The position numbers and the translations under genes are program-made. A DNA stretch of 64,000 nucleotides from a bacterium (GTDB taxonomy: Bacteria; UBA8248; JACPRG01; G963555815), in assembly GCA_965261595.1 (NCBI GenBank), contig CBDHDG010000006.1:864001-928000 (forward strand). Reading direction: 5' to 3'. Every line of letters begins with the position of its first letter. Position 1 is the first letter of the stretch. The notes under the pieces were generated by a model. That model was not told the DNA's origin. It searched no databases and saw only the letters and a program-made list of their open reading frames with translations. This document shows, in pieces, positions 62,818 to 64,000 of the stretch.

Positions 62818-62898
62818 GAAGCCGATCTCCGGAAACAAGATGAGGGCGGGACCCCGTCCGCTGTCCCATATCCAACCCGCACGTATTCTAGAATTCTC

Positions 62899-64000
62899 TC
62901 AGCCGTCCGGCAAGCCCCAATCCTGTTGATACAAGGCCGAAAGGTCCGCCACGAGGCGCTCCACGCCGAAACGGGCCTCCACATACCGCTTTCCCGCCCG
63001 AGAGCGGATCCGGGCGCCTTCCGGGTCGTCTCGAACCAACCGGAGGGCCTCGGCCAGGGCCGCCGGATCGCGCGGCGGAATCATCAACCCCCGCTCGGCC
63101 GCCTCCCACCCTCCGGCGGGAAGTCCCCCCCCCCCCCCCTCCCCTTTCCCGCGCCGGCCCAGGAGGTCCCCGACACCGCCCACGGCCGTGGCCACGACCG
63201 GCCGGGACGCCGCCAGGGCCTCGATCAGCGAGACCGGCGTCCCCTCGTTCAGGGAACAGAGGACCACGGCGTCGAGGCCGCGATAGACACCGGGGAGATC
63301 GAACCTCCAGCCGGCGAAATGCGACCGGCCGGCCGGAAGGATGTCTTTCGCCAGGCCCTCGAGCTCCTCTCTGCGCTCCCCGTCGCCCACAACCGCCAGG
63401 TGCGCGTCCAGCTCACCTTCAATCAGCAGCTTGACGGCCTCGAAGAGGGTTTCGTGATCCTTCACGGGGACCAGGCGGCCGACGATCCCGACCGCGAAGG
63501 CCCCGTGCGGAATCCCCACCGAATCGCGGAAATCGCCGCCCGCGCCCTCCTCCACGGCGGCGAACTCCGCCAGCTCCAGGCCGAGAGGGACGACGGTGAT
63601 CTTCCCGGCAGGCGCGACACCCAGGCCGGCAATCTCGTCCCGGAGGCCCTCGCTGAGGGTGATCAGCCGCGTCGTGAACCGGGCGAGGACGCGCTCCATC
63701 CACCGGAAGACCAGGCTTTTCAGCGGACCGAAGTACCCGCGGAGGACGTGGCCGTGAAAGGTGTGAAAGACCTTCATCCGTCTGCCGCCCGGGGTCGTCC
63801 ACCGGTAGAGCCAACCTGCCGGCCGGCCCAGGGCCCCGGCCTTCGCGGTGTGGGTGTGAAGGATGTCGGGGCGCTCTTTTCTCAGCAGCCGGAAGAGTTT
63901 CCAGAAGGCCACCCAATCGTCCGCGGCCCGGATCTCCCTTCCCAGCTCGGGAAGATAGGCGCACCGCACACCGCGCTTCTCGGCCAGGTCCTCCATCGTC
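62899..64000 (-). CDS. Glycosyltransferase family 4 (5' end outside the window)
   Basis: HTHTAKAG, HTFHGH, VGRLVPVK, SLNEGTPVSLIEALA. Confidence 0.9.
   Translation of the reverse strand, partial: TMEDLAEKRGVRCAYLPELGREIRAADDWVAFWKLFRLLRKERPDILHTHTAKAGALGRPAGWLYRWTTPGGRRMKVFHTFHGHVLRGYFGPLKSLVFRWMERVLARFTTRLITLSEGLRDEIAGLGVAPAGKITVVPLGLELAEFAAVEEGAGGDFRDSVGIPHGAFAVGIVGRLVPVKDHETLFEAVKLLIEGELDAHLAVVGDGERREELEGLAKDILPAGRSHFAGWRFDLPGVYRGLDAVVLCSLNEGTPVSLIEALAASRPVVATAVGGVGDLLGRRGKGEGGGGGLPAGGWEAAERGLMIPPRDPAALAEALRLVRDDPEGARIRSRAGKRYVEARFGVERLVADLSALYQQDWGLPDG

Overview
GC-rich (roughly 65% by eye) Gram-negative bacterial chromosomal segment with a tol-pal cluster. Several homopolymer frameshifts suggest a draft or metagenome assembly, and taxonomy cannot be fixed from this sequence alone. 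Bases 1-11.5 kb are an accessory zone with nested mobile DNA. (i) An M23-peptidase/tandem-repeat gene is split by a 2304-bp IS1380-family unit (5-bp CCTAC duplication) that extends beyond the IS's own right end. (ii) An inactive IS3-family element is interrupted by a 1315-bp transposase-less cassette (~38-bp terminal inverted repeats, 8-bp CAAGAACC duplication, IS1595-like ends). The cassette carries three small unknown ORFs, two of them diverged paralogs, each behind a structured leader; two leaders show compensatory base changes. NrdR-box-like motifs sit at both cassette ends. This cassette is the best candidate for an undescribed system. The rest is catabolic and transport genes (M28/M20 peptidases, NMT1-type binding protein, EamA pair, hydroxycinnamoyl-CoA hydratase-lyase, acyl-CoA dehydrogenase, hydantoinase A/B, LLM oxidoreductases, lactate permease, UbiD with CoxM/CoxS-like subunits) and core envelope/housekeeping genes (anmK, SLT, tolQRAB-pal-cpoB, AsmA, apgM-type mutase, ligA, galU, two CNNM proteins, ferredoxin, sugar epimerase, glycosyltransferase). 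REP-like palindromes, a MITE and a dispersed ~240-bp repeat are interspersed. No rRNA, tRNA or CRISPR array was recognised. All family calls come from motif recognition by eye, not database searches.
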